Source: the human T2T-CHM13v2.0 reference genome, Homo sapiens. Taken from it: 64,000 nucleotides of DNA. Of the stretch, positions 42,601 through 56,800 are shown in pieces. The stretch lies in NCBI RefSeq assembly GCF_009914755.1, contig NC_060933.1. One strand, given 5' to 3'. Position 1 is the first letter of the stretch. The number at the start of each line of letters is the position of its first letter. The notes beneath the pieces are model-generated. The model was not told where the DNA came from, did no database searches, and saw only the letters and a list, made by a program, of their open reading frames with translations. The position numbers and the translations under genes were made by a program.

Positions 42601-45600
42601 ATTCCGGATGATTCCATTCCATTGCATTCCGTTCTATTACATTCCCCTGCACTGGCGTTGATTCCATTCCATTCCATTCCATTCCATTCCATTCCATTAC
42701 AATTCGTTCCATTCCATTCTATTCCGTACCATTCCAATCCATTCCATACCATTCCATTCCATTCCATTCCATTCCATTCCGTTCCATTCCGTTCCATTCC
42801 ATTCCATTCCATTCTATTTGGGTTAATTCCATTCCATTCCATTCCATTCCATTCCATTCTATTCCATTCCATTGCAATCGAGTTGAATCCATTGAATTTC
42901 ATTCCATTCCATTCCATTCCATTCCATTCCATTCCGGAAGATTCCATTCCATTGCATTCCATTCCATTCCATTCCCCTGCACTCGCGTTGATTCCATTCC
43001 ATTCCATTCCATTCCATTCCATTCCATTCCATTCCGTTCCGTTCCGTTCCATTCCATTCCATTTCATTCCGTTCCGTTAAGTTCCATTCCATTCCATTCC
43101 ATTCTATGCGGGTTAATTCCATTCCATTCCATTCGATTGCAATCGAGTTGATTCCATTCCATTCCATTCCATTCTATTCCATTCCTTTCCATTCCATTAC
43201 GGATGATTCCATTCCATTGCATTCCAATCCATTCCATTCCCCTGTACTCGGGTTCATTCCATTCCATTCCATTCCAATCCATGCCATTCTACTCGTGTTT
43301 ATTCCATTCTTTCCATTCCATTCAAGTTGAATCCATTCCATTGCATTCCATTCCATTCCATTCCCCTGCAGTCGGGTTGATTCCATTCCATTCCATTCCA
43401 TTCCATTCCATTCCATTCCGTTCCGTTCCGTTCCGTTCCATTCCATTCCATTCTATACGGGTTAATTCCATTCCATTCCATTCCATTCCATTCCATTCCA
43501 TTCCATTCCAATCGAGTTGATTCCATTCCATTCCATTCCATTCCATTCCATTCCACTCCATTCCAGTCCTTTCCATTCCATTCCACTCGGGTTGATTCCA
43601 ATGTATTCCTTTCCATTCCATTCCATCCCATTGCAATCGAGTTGATTCCATTGCTTTGCATTCCATTCCATTCCATTCCATTCCGGATGATTCCATTCCA
43701 TTGCATTCCATTCCATTCCATTCCCCTGCACTCAGGTTGATTCCATTCCATTCCACTCCATTCCGTTCCATTCCATTCCATTCCATTGTATTCGGGTTAA
43801 TTCCATTCCATTCCATTCCATTCCATTCCATTGCATTACAATCGAGTTGATTCCATTCCATTCCATTCCATTCCATTCCATTGCAGTCCTTTCCATTCCA
43901 TTCCACTCAGGTTGATTCCATTCTATTAGTTTCCATTCCATTCCATTCCCTTCCATTCCACTCTGGTTGATTCCATTCCTTTCCATTCCACTCGAATACA
44001 TTCCCTCATATTCCACTCGGAACGATTCCATTCCATTCCATTCCATTCCATTCCATTCCATTCCATTTCGTTCCATTCCATTCTATTCCGTATCATTCCA
44101 TTCCATTCCGTTCCATTCCATTCCATTCCATTCCACTCGTGTTGATTACATTCCTTTCCATTCCATTCGGTTTGAAGGCATTCCATTCCATTCCATTCCA
44201 TTCCATTCCATTCCATTGTACTCGGGTTGATTCCATTCCATTGAATTCCATTCTATTCCATTCCATTCCATTCCGTTGCATTCCATTCCATTACATTTGG
44301 ATTGATTCTATTCAACTCCCTTACTCTCCATTACATTCCATTCCATTCGGGTTGTTCCATTCCATTCCATTCCATTCCACTCCATTCCATTGCTCTCGGG
44401 TTGATTCCATTCCATTCCATTCCATTCCTTTCCATTCCATTCCGTTCCTGATGATTCCATTCCATTGCATTCCGTTCCATTCCATTCCCCTGCACTCGCG
44501 TTGATTCCGTTCCATTCCATTCTATTCCATTCCATTCCCTTCCTTTCCGTTCCATTCCATTCCGTTCCATTCTATTCCATTCCGTTCCGTTCCATTCCAT
44601 TCCATTCCATTCTATTCGGGTTAATTCCTTTCCATTCCATTCGATTGCAATCGAGTTGATTCCATTCCATTCCATTCCATTCCATTCCATTCCATTCCAT
44701 TCCATTCCTTTCCATTCCATTACGGATGATTCCATTCCATTGCATTCCATACCATTCCATTCCCCTATACTCGGGTTGATTCCATTCCATTCCATTCCAA
44801 TCCATGCCATTCCACTCGTGTTGATTCCATTCTTTCCATTCCATTCAAGTTGAATCCATTCCATTGTATTCCATTCCATTCGATTCCATTCGATTGCACT
44901 CGGGTTGATTCCATTCCATTGCATTCCATTCCATTCCATTCCATTCCATTCCATTCCGTTCCATTCCATTCCATTACATTCGGATTCATTCTATACAATT
45001 CCCTTACACTCCATTCCATTCCATTCCATTCCATTCCATTCCGTTCCGTTGCATTCCATTCCATTCCATTCTATTCGGGTTAATTCCATTCCATTCCATT
45101 CGATTGCAATCGTGTTGATTCCATTCCATTCCATTCCATTCCATTCCATTCCATTCCATTCCATTCCTTTCCATTCCATTACGAATGATTCCATTCCATT
45201 GCATTCCATTCCATTCCATTCCCCTGTACACGGGTTGATTCCATTCCATTGCATTCCAATCCATGCCCTTCCACTCGTGTTGATTCCATTCTTTCCATTC
45301 CATTCAAGTTGAATCCATTCCATTGCATTCCATTCCATTCGATTCCATTCGATTGCACTCAGGTTGATTCCATTCCATTGCATTCCATTCCATTCCATTC
45401 CATTCCATTCCATTCCATTCCGTTCCATTCCATTCCATTACATTCGGATTGATTCTATTAAATTCCCTTACACTTCATTGCATTCCATTCCATTCGGGTA
45501 GTTTCCATTCCATTCCATTCCATTCCTCTCCATTCCATTGCACTCGGGTTGATTCGATTCCATTGCATCCCATTCCATTCCATTCAATTCCATTCCGTTC

Positions 45601-45755
45601 CATTCCATTCCATTACATTCGCATTGATTCTATTCAACTCCCTTAGTCTCCATTACATTCCATTCCATTCGGGTTGTTCCATTCCATTCCATTCCATTCC
45701 ACTCCATTCCATTGCACTCGGGTTTATTCCATTCCATTCCATTCCATTCCATTCC

Positions 45756-45825
45756 ATTCCGGAAGATTCCATTCCATTGCATTCCATTCCATTCCATTCC
45801 ATTCCATTCCATTCCGGAAGATTCC
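45756..45825. promoter_or_regulatory. Two HSE modules 55 bp apart (local tandem duplication)
   Basis: ATTCCGGAAGATTCCATTCCATTGC occurs at both 45756 and 45811. Confidence 0.55.
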
Positions 45826-48800
45826 ATTCCATTGCATTCCATTCCATTCCATTCCCCTGCACTCGCGTTGATTCCATTCCATTCCATTCCATTCCATTCC
45901 ATTCCATTCCATTCCATTCCATTCCATTCCTTTCCGTTCCATACCATTCCATTCCATTCCATTCCATTCCATTCCATTCCGTTCCGTTCCGTTCCATTCC
46001 ATTCCATTCCATTCTATTCGGGTTAATTCCATTCCATTCCATTCGATTGCAATCGAGTTGATTCCATTCCATTCCATTCCATTCCATTCCATTCCATTCC
46101 ATTCCATTCCTTTCCATTCCATTACGGATGATTCCATTCCATTGCATTCCATTCCATTCCATTCCCCTGTACTCGGGTTGATTCCATTCCATTCCATTCC
46201 AATCCATGCCATTCCACTCGTGTTGATTCCGTTCTTTCCATTCCATTCAAGTTGAATCCATTCTATTGCATTCCATTCCATTCCATTCCCCTGCAGTCGG
46301 GTTGATTCCATTCCATTCCATTCCATTCCATTACATTCCATTCCATTCCATTCCAATCAAGTTGATTCCATTCCATTCCATTCCATTCCATTCCATTCCA
46401 TTCCACTCCATTCCAGTCCTTTCCATTCCATTCCACTCGGGTTGATTCCAATGTATTCCTTTCCATTCCATTCCATTCCATTGCAATCGAGTTGATTCCA
46501 TTGCTTTGCATTCCATTCCATTCCATTCCATTCCGGATGATTCCATTCCATTGCATTCCATTCCATTCCATTCCCCTGCACTCGGGTTGATTCCATTCCT
46601 TTCCACTCCATTCCATTCCATTCCATTCCATTCCATTGTATTCGGGTTAATTCCATTCCATTCCATTCCATTCCATTCCATTCCATTACAATCGAGTTGA
46701 TTCCATTCCATTCCATTCCATTCCAGTCCGTTCCATTCCATTCCACTCGGGTTGATTCCATTCTATTAGTTTCCATTCCATTCCATTCCCTTCCATTCCA
46801 CTCTGGTTGATTCCATTCCTTTCCATTCCACTCGAATACTTTCCCTCCTATTCCACTCGGAACGATTCCATTCCATTCCATTCCATTCCATTCCATTCCA
46901 TTCCATTCCATTCCATTCTATTCCATTTCGTTCCATTCCATTCTATTCCGTATCATTCCATTCCATTCCATTCCATTCCATTCCATTCCATTCCATTCCA
47001 TTGTAGTCGGGTTGATTCCATTCCATTGCACTCTATTCCATTCCATTCCATTCCATTCCTTTGCATTCCATTCCGTTCCGTTCCGTTCCATTCCATTCCA
47101 TTCCATTCTATTCGGGTTAATTCCATTCCATTCCATTCGACTGCAATCTTGTTGATTCCATTCCATTAAATTCCATTCCATTCCATTCCATTCCATTCCA
47201 TTCCATTCCTTTCCATTCCATTACGGATGATTCCATTCCATTGCATTCCATTCCATTCCATTCCCCAGTACTCGGGTTGATTCCATTCCATTGCATTCCA
47301 ATCCATGCCCTTCCACTCGTGTTGATTCCATTCTTTCCATTCCATTCAAGTTGAATCCATTCCATTGCATTCCATTCCATTCGATTCCATTCGATTGCAC
47401 TCGGGTCGATTCCATTCCATTGCATCCCATTCCATTCCATTCAATTCCATTCCCTTCCTTTCCATTCCATTACATTCGGATTGATTCTATTCAACTCCCT
47501 TAGTCTCCATTACATTCCATTCCTTTCGGGTTGTTCCATTCCATTCCATTCCATTCCACTGCATTCCATTGCACTCGGGTTGATTCCATTCCATTCCATT
47601 CCATTCCATTCCATTCCATTCCATTCCAATCAAGTTGATTCCATTCCATTCCATTCAATTGCATTCCATTCCATTCCACTCCATTCCAGTCCTTTCCATT
47701 CCATTCCACTCGGGTTGATTCCAATGTATTCCGTTCCATTCCATTCCATTCCATTGCAATCGTGTTGATTCCATTGCTTTGCATTCCATTCCATTCCATT
47801 CCATTCCGGATGATTCCATTCCATTGCATTCCATTCCATTCCATTCCCCTGCACTCGGGTTGATTCCATTCCGTTCCACTCCATTCCATTCCATTCCATT
47901 CCATTCCATTCCATTGTATTCGGGTTAATTCCATTCCATTCCATTCCATTCCATTCCATTCCATTACAATCGAGTTCATTCCATTCCATTCCATTCCATT
48001 CCAGTCCTTTCCATTCCATTCCACTCGGGTTCATTCCATTCTATTAGTTTCCATTCCATTAGATTGCCTTCCATTCCACTCTGGTTGATTCCATTCCTTT
48101 CCATTCCACTCGAATACATTCCCTCCTATTCCACTCGGAACGATTCCATTCCATTCCATTCCATTCCATTCCCTTCCATTCCATTTCGTTCCATTCCATT
48201 CTGTTCCGTATCATTCCATTCCATTCCATTCCATTCCATTCCATTCCATTCCATTGAATTCCATTGTACTCGGTTTGGTTCCATTCCATTGCATTCCATT
48301 CCATTCCATTCCCCTGTACTCGGGTTGATTCCATTCCATTCCATTCCAATCCGTGCCATTCCACTCGTGTTGATTCCATTCTTTCCATTCCATTCAAGTT
48401 GAATCCATTCCATTGCATTGCATTCCATTCGATTCCATTCGATTGCACTCGGGTTGATTCCATTCCATTCCATTCCATTCCATTCCATTCCATTCCATTC
48501 CATTCCATTCGGATTGATTCTACTCAATTCCCTTACACTCCATTACATTCCATTCCATTCGGGTAGTTTCCATTCCATTCCATTCCATTCCTATCCCTTC
48601 CATTGCACTCGGGTTGATTCCATTCCATTGCATTCCATTCCATTCCATTCAATTCCATTCCGTTCCATTCCATTCCATTACATTCGGAATGATTCTATTC
48701 AACTCCCTTACTCTCCATTACATTCCATTCCATTCGGGTTGTTCCATTCCATTCCATTCCATTCCACTCCATTCTATTACACTCGGGTTGATTCCATTCC

Positions 48801-49683
48801 ATTCCATTCCATTCCATTCCGGTAGATTCCATTCCATTGCATTCCATTACATTAAATTCCCCTGCACTCGCGTTGATTCCATTCCATTCCATTCCATTCC
48901 ATTCCATTCCATTCCATTCCATTCCTTTCCGTTCCATTCCATTCCATTCCATTCCATTCCATTCCATTCCATTCCGTTCCGTTCCGTTCCATTCCATTCC
49001 ATTCCATTCCATTCCTTTATAATCCATTACGGATGATTCCATTCCATTGCATTCCATTCCATTCCATTCCCCTGTACTCGGGTTTATTCCATTCCATTCC
49101 ATTCCAATCCATGCCATTCCACTCGTGTTGATTCCATTCTTTCCATTCCATTCAAGTTGAATCCATTCCATTGCATTCCATTCCATTCCATTCCCCTGCA
49201 GTCGGGTTGATTCCATTCCATTCCATTCCATTCCATTCCATTCCATTCCATTCCATTCCGTTCCGTTCCATTTAATTCCATTCCATTCTATTCGGGTTAA
49301 TTCCATTCCATTCCATTCCATTCCATTCCATTCCATTCCAATCGAGTTGATTCCATTCCATTCCATTCCATTCCATTCCACTCCATTCCCGTCCTTTCCA
49401 TTCCATTCCACTCGGGTTGATTCCAATGTATTCCTTTCCAGTCCATTCCATTCCATTGCAATCGAGTTGATTCCATTGCTTTGCATTCCATTCCATTGCA
49501 TTCCATTCCGGATGATTCCATTCCATTGCATTCCATTCCATTCCATTCCCCTGCACTCGGGTTGATTCCATTCCATTCCACTCCATTCCGTTCCATTCCA
49601 TTCCATTCCATTGTATTTGGGTTAATTCCATTCCATTCCATTCCATTCCATTCCATTCCATTCCATTCCATTACAATCGAGTT

Positions 49684-50080
49684 CATTCCATTCCATTCCA
49701 TTCCATTCCATTCCATTCCAGTCCTTTCCATTCCATTCCACTCAGGTTGATTCCATTCTATTAGTTTCCATTCCATTCCATTCCCTTCCATTCCACTCTG
49801 GTTGATTCCATTCCTTTCCAATCCACTCGAATACATTCCCTCCTATTCCACTCGGAACGATTCCATTCCATTCCATTCCATTCCATTCCATTCCATTCCA
49901 GTCCTTTCCATTCCATTCCACTCAGGTTGATTCCATTCTATTAGTTTCCATTCCATTCCATTCCCTTCCATTCCACTCTGGTTGATTCCATTCCTTTCCA
50001 ATCCACTCGAATACATTCCCTCCTATTCTACTCGGAAAGATTCCATTCCATTCCATTCCATTCCATTCCATTCCATTCCA
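49684..50080 (+). repeat. 180-bp tandem duplication of the landmark module
   Basis: Lines 49741 and 49921 are identical. Lines 49801 and 49981 differ at only two positions (49849/50029, 49858/50038). Both copies carry CTCAGGTTGA and TTCCAATCCACTCGAA. Confidence 0.92.
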
Positions 50081-50869
50081 TTTCTTTCCATTCCATTGTA
50101 TTCCATACCATTCCATTCCATTCCATTCCATTCCATTCCATTCCATTCCAGTCGTGTTGATTCCATTCCTTTCCATTCCATTCGGTTTGAAGCCATTCCA
50201 TTCCATTCCATTCCATTCCATTCCTCTCCATTCCATTGCACTCGGGTTGATTCCATTCCATTCCATTCCATTCCATTCCATTACATTCCATTCCATTCCG
50301 TTCCATTGTACTCGGGTTGATTCCATTCCATTGCATTCCATTCCATTCCATTCCATTCCATTCCTTTCCATTCCATTCCATTACATTCGGATTGATTCTA
50401 TTCAACTCCCTTACTCTCCATTACATTCCATTCCATTCGGGATGTTCCATTCCATTCCATTCCATTCCACTCCATTCCATTGCACTCGGGTTGATTCCAT
50501 TCCATTCCATTCCATTCCATTCCTTTCCATTCCGGATGATTCCATTCCATTACATTCCGTTCCATTATATTCCCCTGCACTCGCGTTGATTCCATTCCAT
50601 TCCATTCCATTCCACACCATTCCATTCCACTCCATTCCATTCCATTCCATTCCATTCCATTCCATTCCGTTCCGTTCCATTCCGTTCCGTTCCATTCCGT
50701 TCCATTCCATTCCATTCTATTCAGGTTAATTCCATTCCATTCCATTCCATTCCATTCTATTCCATTCCATTGCAATCGAGTTGAATCCATTGCATTCCAT
50801 TCCATTCCATTCCATTCCGGAAGTTTCCATTCCATTGCATTCCATTACATTCCATTCCCCTGCACTCGC

Positions 50870-53800
50870 GTTGATTCCATTCCATTGCATTCCATTCCAT
50901 TCCATTCCATTCCGTTCCGTTCCGTTCCATTCCATTCCTTTGCATTCCATTCCATTCCGCTCCGTTCCATTCCATTCCATTCCCTTCTATTTGGGTTAAT
51001 TCCATTCCATTCCTTTCGATTGCAATCGAGTTGATTCCATTCCATTCCATTCCATTCCATTCCATTCCTTTCCATTCCATTCCTTTCCATTCCATTACGG
51101 ATGATTCCATTCCATTGCATTCCATTCCATTACATTCCTCTGCACTCGCGTTGATTCCATTCCATTCCATTCCATTCCATTCAATTCCATTCTATTAAAA
51201 TTCGTTCCATTCCATTCTATTCCGTACCATTCCATTCCATTCCATACCATTCCATTCCATTCCATTCCATTCCATTCCATTCCATTCCGTTCCATTCCGT
51301 TCCATTCCATTCCATTCCATTCGGGTTAATTCCATTCCATTCCATTCCATTCCATTCTATTCCATTCCATTGCAATCGAGTTGAATCCATTGCATTTCAT
51401 TCCATTCCATTCCATTCCATTCCATTCCGGAAGATTCCATTCCATTGCATTCCATTCCATTCCATTCCCCTGCACTCGCGTTGATTCCATTCCATTCCAT
51501 TCCATTCCATTCCATTCCATTCCGTTCCGTTCCATTCCATTCCATTCCATTCCATTCCGTTCCGTTCCATTCCATTCCATTCCATTCTATTCGGGTTAAT
51601 TCCATTCCATTCCATTCGATTGCAGTCGTGTTGATTCCATTCCATTCCATTCCATTCCATTCCATTCCTTTCCATTCCATTACGGATGATTCCATTCCAT
51701 TGCATTCCATTCCATTCCATTCCCCTGTACTCGGGTTGATTCCATTCCATTGCATTCCAATCCATGCCCTTCCACTCGTGTTGATTCCATTCTTTCCATT
51801 CCATTCAAGTTGAATCCATTCCATTGCAATCCATTCCATTCGATTCCATTCGATTGCACTCGGGTTGATTCCATTCCATTGCATTCCATTCCATTCCATT
51901 CCATTCCATTCCATTCCGTTCCATTCCATTCCATTACATTCGGATTGATTCTATTCAATTCCCTTACACTCCATTACATTCCATTCCATTTGGGTAGTTT
52001 CCATTCCATTCCATTCCATTCCTCTCCATTCCATTGCACTCGGGTTGATTCCATTCCATTGCATTCCATGCCATTCCATTCAATTCCATTCCGTTCCATT
52101 CCACTCCATTACATTCGGATTGATTCTATTCAACTCCCTTACTCTCCATTACATTCCATTCCATTCGGGCTGTTCCATTCCATTCCACTCCATTCCATTG
52201 CCCTCGGGTTTATTCCATTCCATTCCATTCCATTCCATTTCATTCCGTTCCATTCCGGAAGATTCCATTCCATTGCATTCCATTCCATTCCATTCCCCTG
52301 CACTCGCGTTGATTCCATTCCATTCCATTCCATTCCATTCCATTCCTTTCCGTTCCATTCCATTCCATTCCATTCCATTCCATTCCATTCCGTTCCATTC
52401 CGTTCCATTCCATTCCATTCCATTCTATTCGGGTTAATTCCATTCCATTCCACTCGATTGCAATCGAGTTGATTCCATTCCATTCCATTCCATTCCATTG
52501 CATTCCATTCCTTTCCATTCCATTCCTTTCCATTCCATTACGGATGATTCTATTCCATTGCATTCCATTCCATTCCATTCCCCTGTACTCGGGTTCATTC
52601 CATTCCATTCCATTCCAATCCATGCCATTCCACTCGTGTTGATTCCATTCTTTCCATTCCATTCAAGTTGAATCCATTCCATTGCATTCCATTCCATTCC
52701 ATTCCCCTGCAGTCGGGTTGATTCCTTTCCATTCCATTCCATTCCATTCCATTCCGTTACGTTCCGTTCCATTCCATTCCATTCCATTCTATTCGGGTTA
52801 ATTCCATTCCATTCCATTCCATTCCATTCCATTCCAATCGAGTTGATTCCATTCCATTCTATTCCATTCCATTCCACTCCATTCCAGTCCTTTCCATTCC
52901 ATTCCACTCGGGTTGATTCCAATGTATTCCTTTCCATTCCATTCCATTCCATTGCAATCGAGTTGATTCCATTGCTTTGAATTCCATTTCATTCCATTCC
53001 ATTCCGGATGATTCCATTCCATTGCATTCCATTCCATTCCATTCCCCTGCACTCGGGTTGATTCCATTCCATTCCACTCCATTCCGTTCCATTCCATTCC
53101 ATTCCATTGTATTCGAGTTAATTCCATTACATTCCATTCCATTCCATTCCATTCCATTCCATTCCATTACAATCGAGTTGATTCCATTCCATTCCATTCC
53201 ATTCCATTCCATTCCATTCCATTCCAGTCCTTTCCATTCCATTCCACTCGGGTTGATTCCATTCTATTAGTTTCCATTCCATTCCATTCCCTTCCATTCC
53301 ACTCTGGTTGATTCCATTCCTTTCCATTCCACTCGAATACATTCCCTCCTATTCCACTCGGAACGATTCCATTCCATTCCATTCCATTCCATTCCATTCC
53401 ATTCCATTCCATTTCGTTCCATTCCATTCTATTCCGTATCATTCCATTCCATTCCATTTCATTCCATTCCATTCCATTCCATTCCACTCGTGTTGATTCC
53501 ATTCCTTTCCATTCCATTCGGTTTGAAGGCATTCCATTCCATTCCATTCCATTCCATTCCATTCCATTCCATTCCATTGTACTCGGGTTGAATGCATTCC
53601 ATTGCATTCCATTCCATTCCATTCCATTCCATTCCATTGTACTCGGGTTGATTGCATTCCATTGCATTCCATTGCATTCCATTCCATTCCATTCCGTTGC
53701 ATTCCATTCCATTACATTCGGATTGATTCTATTCAACTCCCTTACTCTCCATTACGTTCCATTCCATTCGGGTTGTTCCATTCCATTCCATTCCATTCCA

Positions 53801-56800
53801 CTCCATTCCATTGCACTCGGGTTGATTCCATTCCATTCCATTCCATTCCATTCCGTTCCATTCCGGATGATTCCATTCCATTACATTCCGTTCCATTACA
53901 TTCCCCTGCACTCGCGTTGATTCCATTCCATTGCATTCCATTCCATTCCATTCCATTCCGTTCCGTTCCGTTCCATTCCATTCCTTTGCATTCCATTCCA
54001 TTCCGTTCCGTTCCATTCCATTCCATTCCCTTCTATTCGGGTTAATTCCATTCCATTCCATTCGATTGCAATCGAGTTGATTCCATTCCATTCCATTCCA
54101 TTCCATTCCATTCCATACCTTTCCATTCCATTCCTTTCCATTCCATTACGGATGATTCCATTCCATTGCATTCCATTCCATTACATTCCTCTGCACTCGC
54201 GTTGATTCCATTCCATTCCATTCCATTCCATTCAATTCCATTCTATTACAATTCGTTCCATTCCATTCTATTCCGTACCATTCCATTCCATTCCATACCA
54301 TTCCATTCCATTCCATTCCATTCCATTCCATTCCATTCCGTTCCATTCCGTTCCATTCCATTCCATTCCATTCGGGTTAATTCCATTCCATTCCATTCCA
54401 TTCTATTCTATTCCATTCCATTGCAATCGAGTTGAATCCATTGCATTTCATTCCATTCCATTCCATTCCATTCCATTCCGGAAGATTCCATTCCATTGCA
54501 TTCCATTCCATTCCATTCCCCTGCACTCGCGTTGATTCCATTCCATTCCATTCCATTCCATTCCATTCCATTCCGTTCCGTTCCATTCCATTCCATTCCA
54601 TTCCATTCCATTCCGTTCCGTTCCGTTCCATTCCATTCCATTCCATTCTATTCGGGTTAATTCCATTCCATTCCATTCGATTGCAATCGTGTTGATTCCA
54701 TTCCATTCCATTCCATTCCATTCCATTCCATTCCATTCCTTTCCATTCCATTACGGATGATTCCATTCCATTGCATTCCATTCCATTCCATTCCCCTGTA
54801 CTCGGGTTGATTCCATTCCATTGCATTCCAATCCATGCCCTTCCAATCGTGTTGATTCCATTCTTTCCATTCCATTCAAGTTGAATCCATTCCATTGCAA
54901 TACATTCCATTCCATTCCATTCGATTGCACTCGGGTTGATTCCATTCCATTGCATTCCATTCCATTCCATTCCATTCCATTCCATTCCATTCCGTTCCAT
55001 TCCATTCTATTACATTCGGATTGATTCTATTCAATTCCCTTACACTCCATTACATTCCATTCCATTCGGGTAGTTTCCATTCCATTCCATTCCATTCCAC
55101 TCCATTCCATTGCACTCGGGTTTATTCCATTCCATTGCATTCCATTCCATTTCATTCCGTTCCATTCCGGAAGATTCCATTCCATTGCATTCCATTCCAT
55201 TCCATTCCCCTGCACTCGCGTTGATTCCATTCCATTCCATTCCATTCCATTCCATTCCATTCCATCCATTCCTTTCCGTTCCATTCCATTCCATTCCATT
55301 CCATTCCATTCCATTCCATTCCGTTCCATTCCGTTCCATTCCATTCCATTCCATTCTATTCGGGTTAATTCCATTCCATTCCACTCGATTGCAATCGAGT
55401 TGATTCCATTCCATTCCATTCCATTCCATTGCATTCCATTCCTTTCCATTCCATTCCTTTCCATTCCATTACGGATGATTCTATTCCATTGCATTCCATT
55501 CCATTCCATTCCCCTGTACTCGGGTTCATTCCATTCCATTCCATTCCAATCCATGCCATTCCACTCGTGTTGATTCCATTCTTTCCATTCCATTCAAGTT
55601 GAATCCATTCCATTGCATTCCATTCCATTCCATTCCCCTGCAGTCGGGTTGATTCCATTCCATTCCATTCCATTCCATTCCATTCCATTCCATTCCATTC
55701 CGTTACGTTCCGTTCCATTCCATTCCATTCCATTCTATTCGGGTTAATTCCATTCCATTCCATTCCATTCCATTCCATTCCAATCGAGTTGATTCCATTC
55801 CATTCCATTCCATTCCATTCCACTCCATTCCAGTCCTTTCCATTCCATTCCACTCGGGTTGATTCCAATGTATTCCTTTCCATTCCATTCCATTCCATTG
55901 CAATCGAGTTGATTCCATTGCTTTGCATTCCATTTCATTCCATTCCATTCCGGATGATTCCATTCCATTGCATTCCATTCCATTCCATTCCCCTGCACTC
56001 GGGTTGATTCCATTCCATTCCACTCCATTCCGTTCCATTCCATTCCATTCCATTGTATTCGAGTTAATTCCATTCCATTGCATTCCATTCCATTCCATTC
56101 CATTCCATTACAATCGAGTTGATTCCATTCCATTCCATTCCATTCCATTCCATTCCATTCCATTCCAGTCCTTTCCATTCCATTGCACTCGGGTTGATTC
56201 CATTCTATTAGTTTCCATTCCATTCCATTCCCTTCCATTCCACTCTGGTTGATTCCATTCCTTTCCATTCCACTCGAATACATTCCCTCCTATTCCACTC
56301 GGAACGATTCCATTCCATTCCATTCCATTCCATTCCATTTCGTTCCATTCCATTCTATTCCGTATCATTCCATTCCATTCCATTTCATTCCATTCCATTC
56401 CATTCCATTCCACTCGTGTTGATTCCATTCCTTTCCATTCCATTCGGTTTGAAGGCATTCCATTCCATTCCATTCCATTCCATTCCATTCCATTCCATTC
56501 CATTCCATTGTACTCGGGTTGATTGCATTCCATTGCATTCAATTCCATTCCATTCCGTTGCATTCCATTCCATTACATTCGGATTGATTCTATTCAACTC
56601 CCTTACTCTCCATTACGTTCCATTCCATTAGGGTTGTTCCATTCCATTCCATTCCATTCCACTCCATTCCATTGCACTCGGGTTGATTCCATTCCATTCC
56701 ATTCCATTCCATTCCATTCCATTCCATTCCATTCCGGATGATTCCATTCCATTACATTCCGTTCCATTACATTCCCCTGCACTCGCGTTGATTCCATTCC

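Noticed and set aside
29809-56633. Isolated telomere hexamers CCCTAA (~29809) and TTAGGG (~56628)
   Set aside because: These are single point variants of the CCCTTA and TTCGGG modules, with no tandem telomeric tract.
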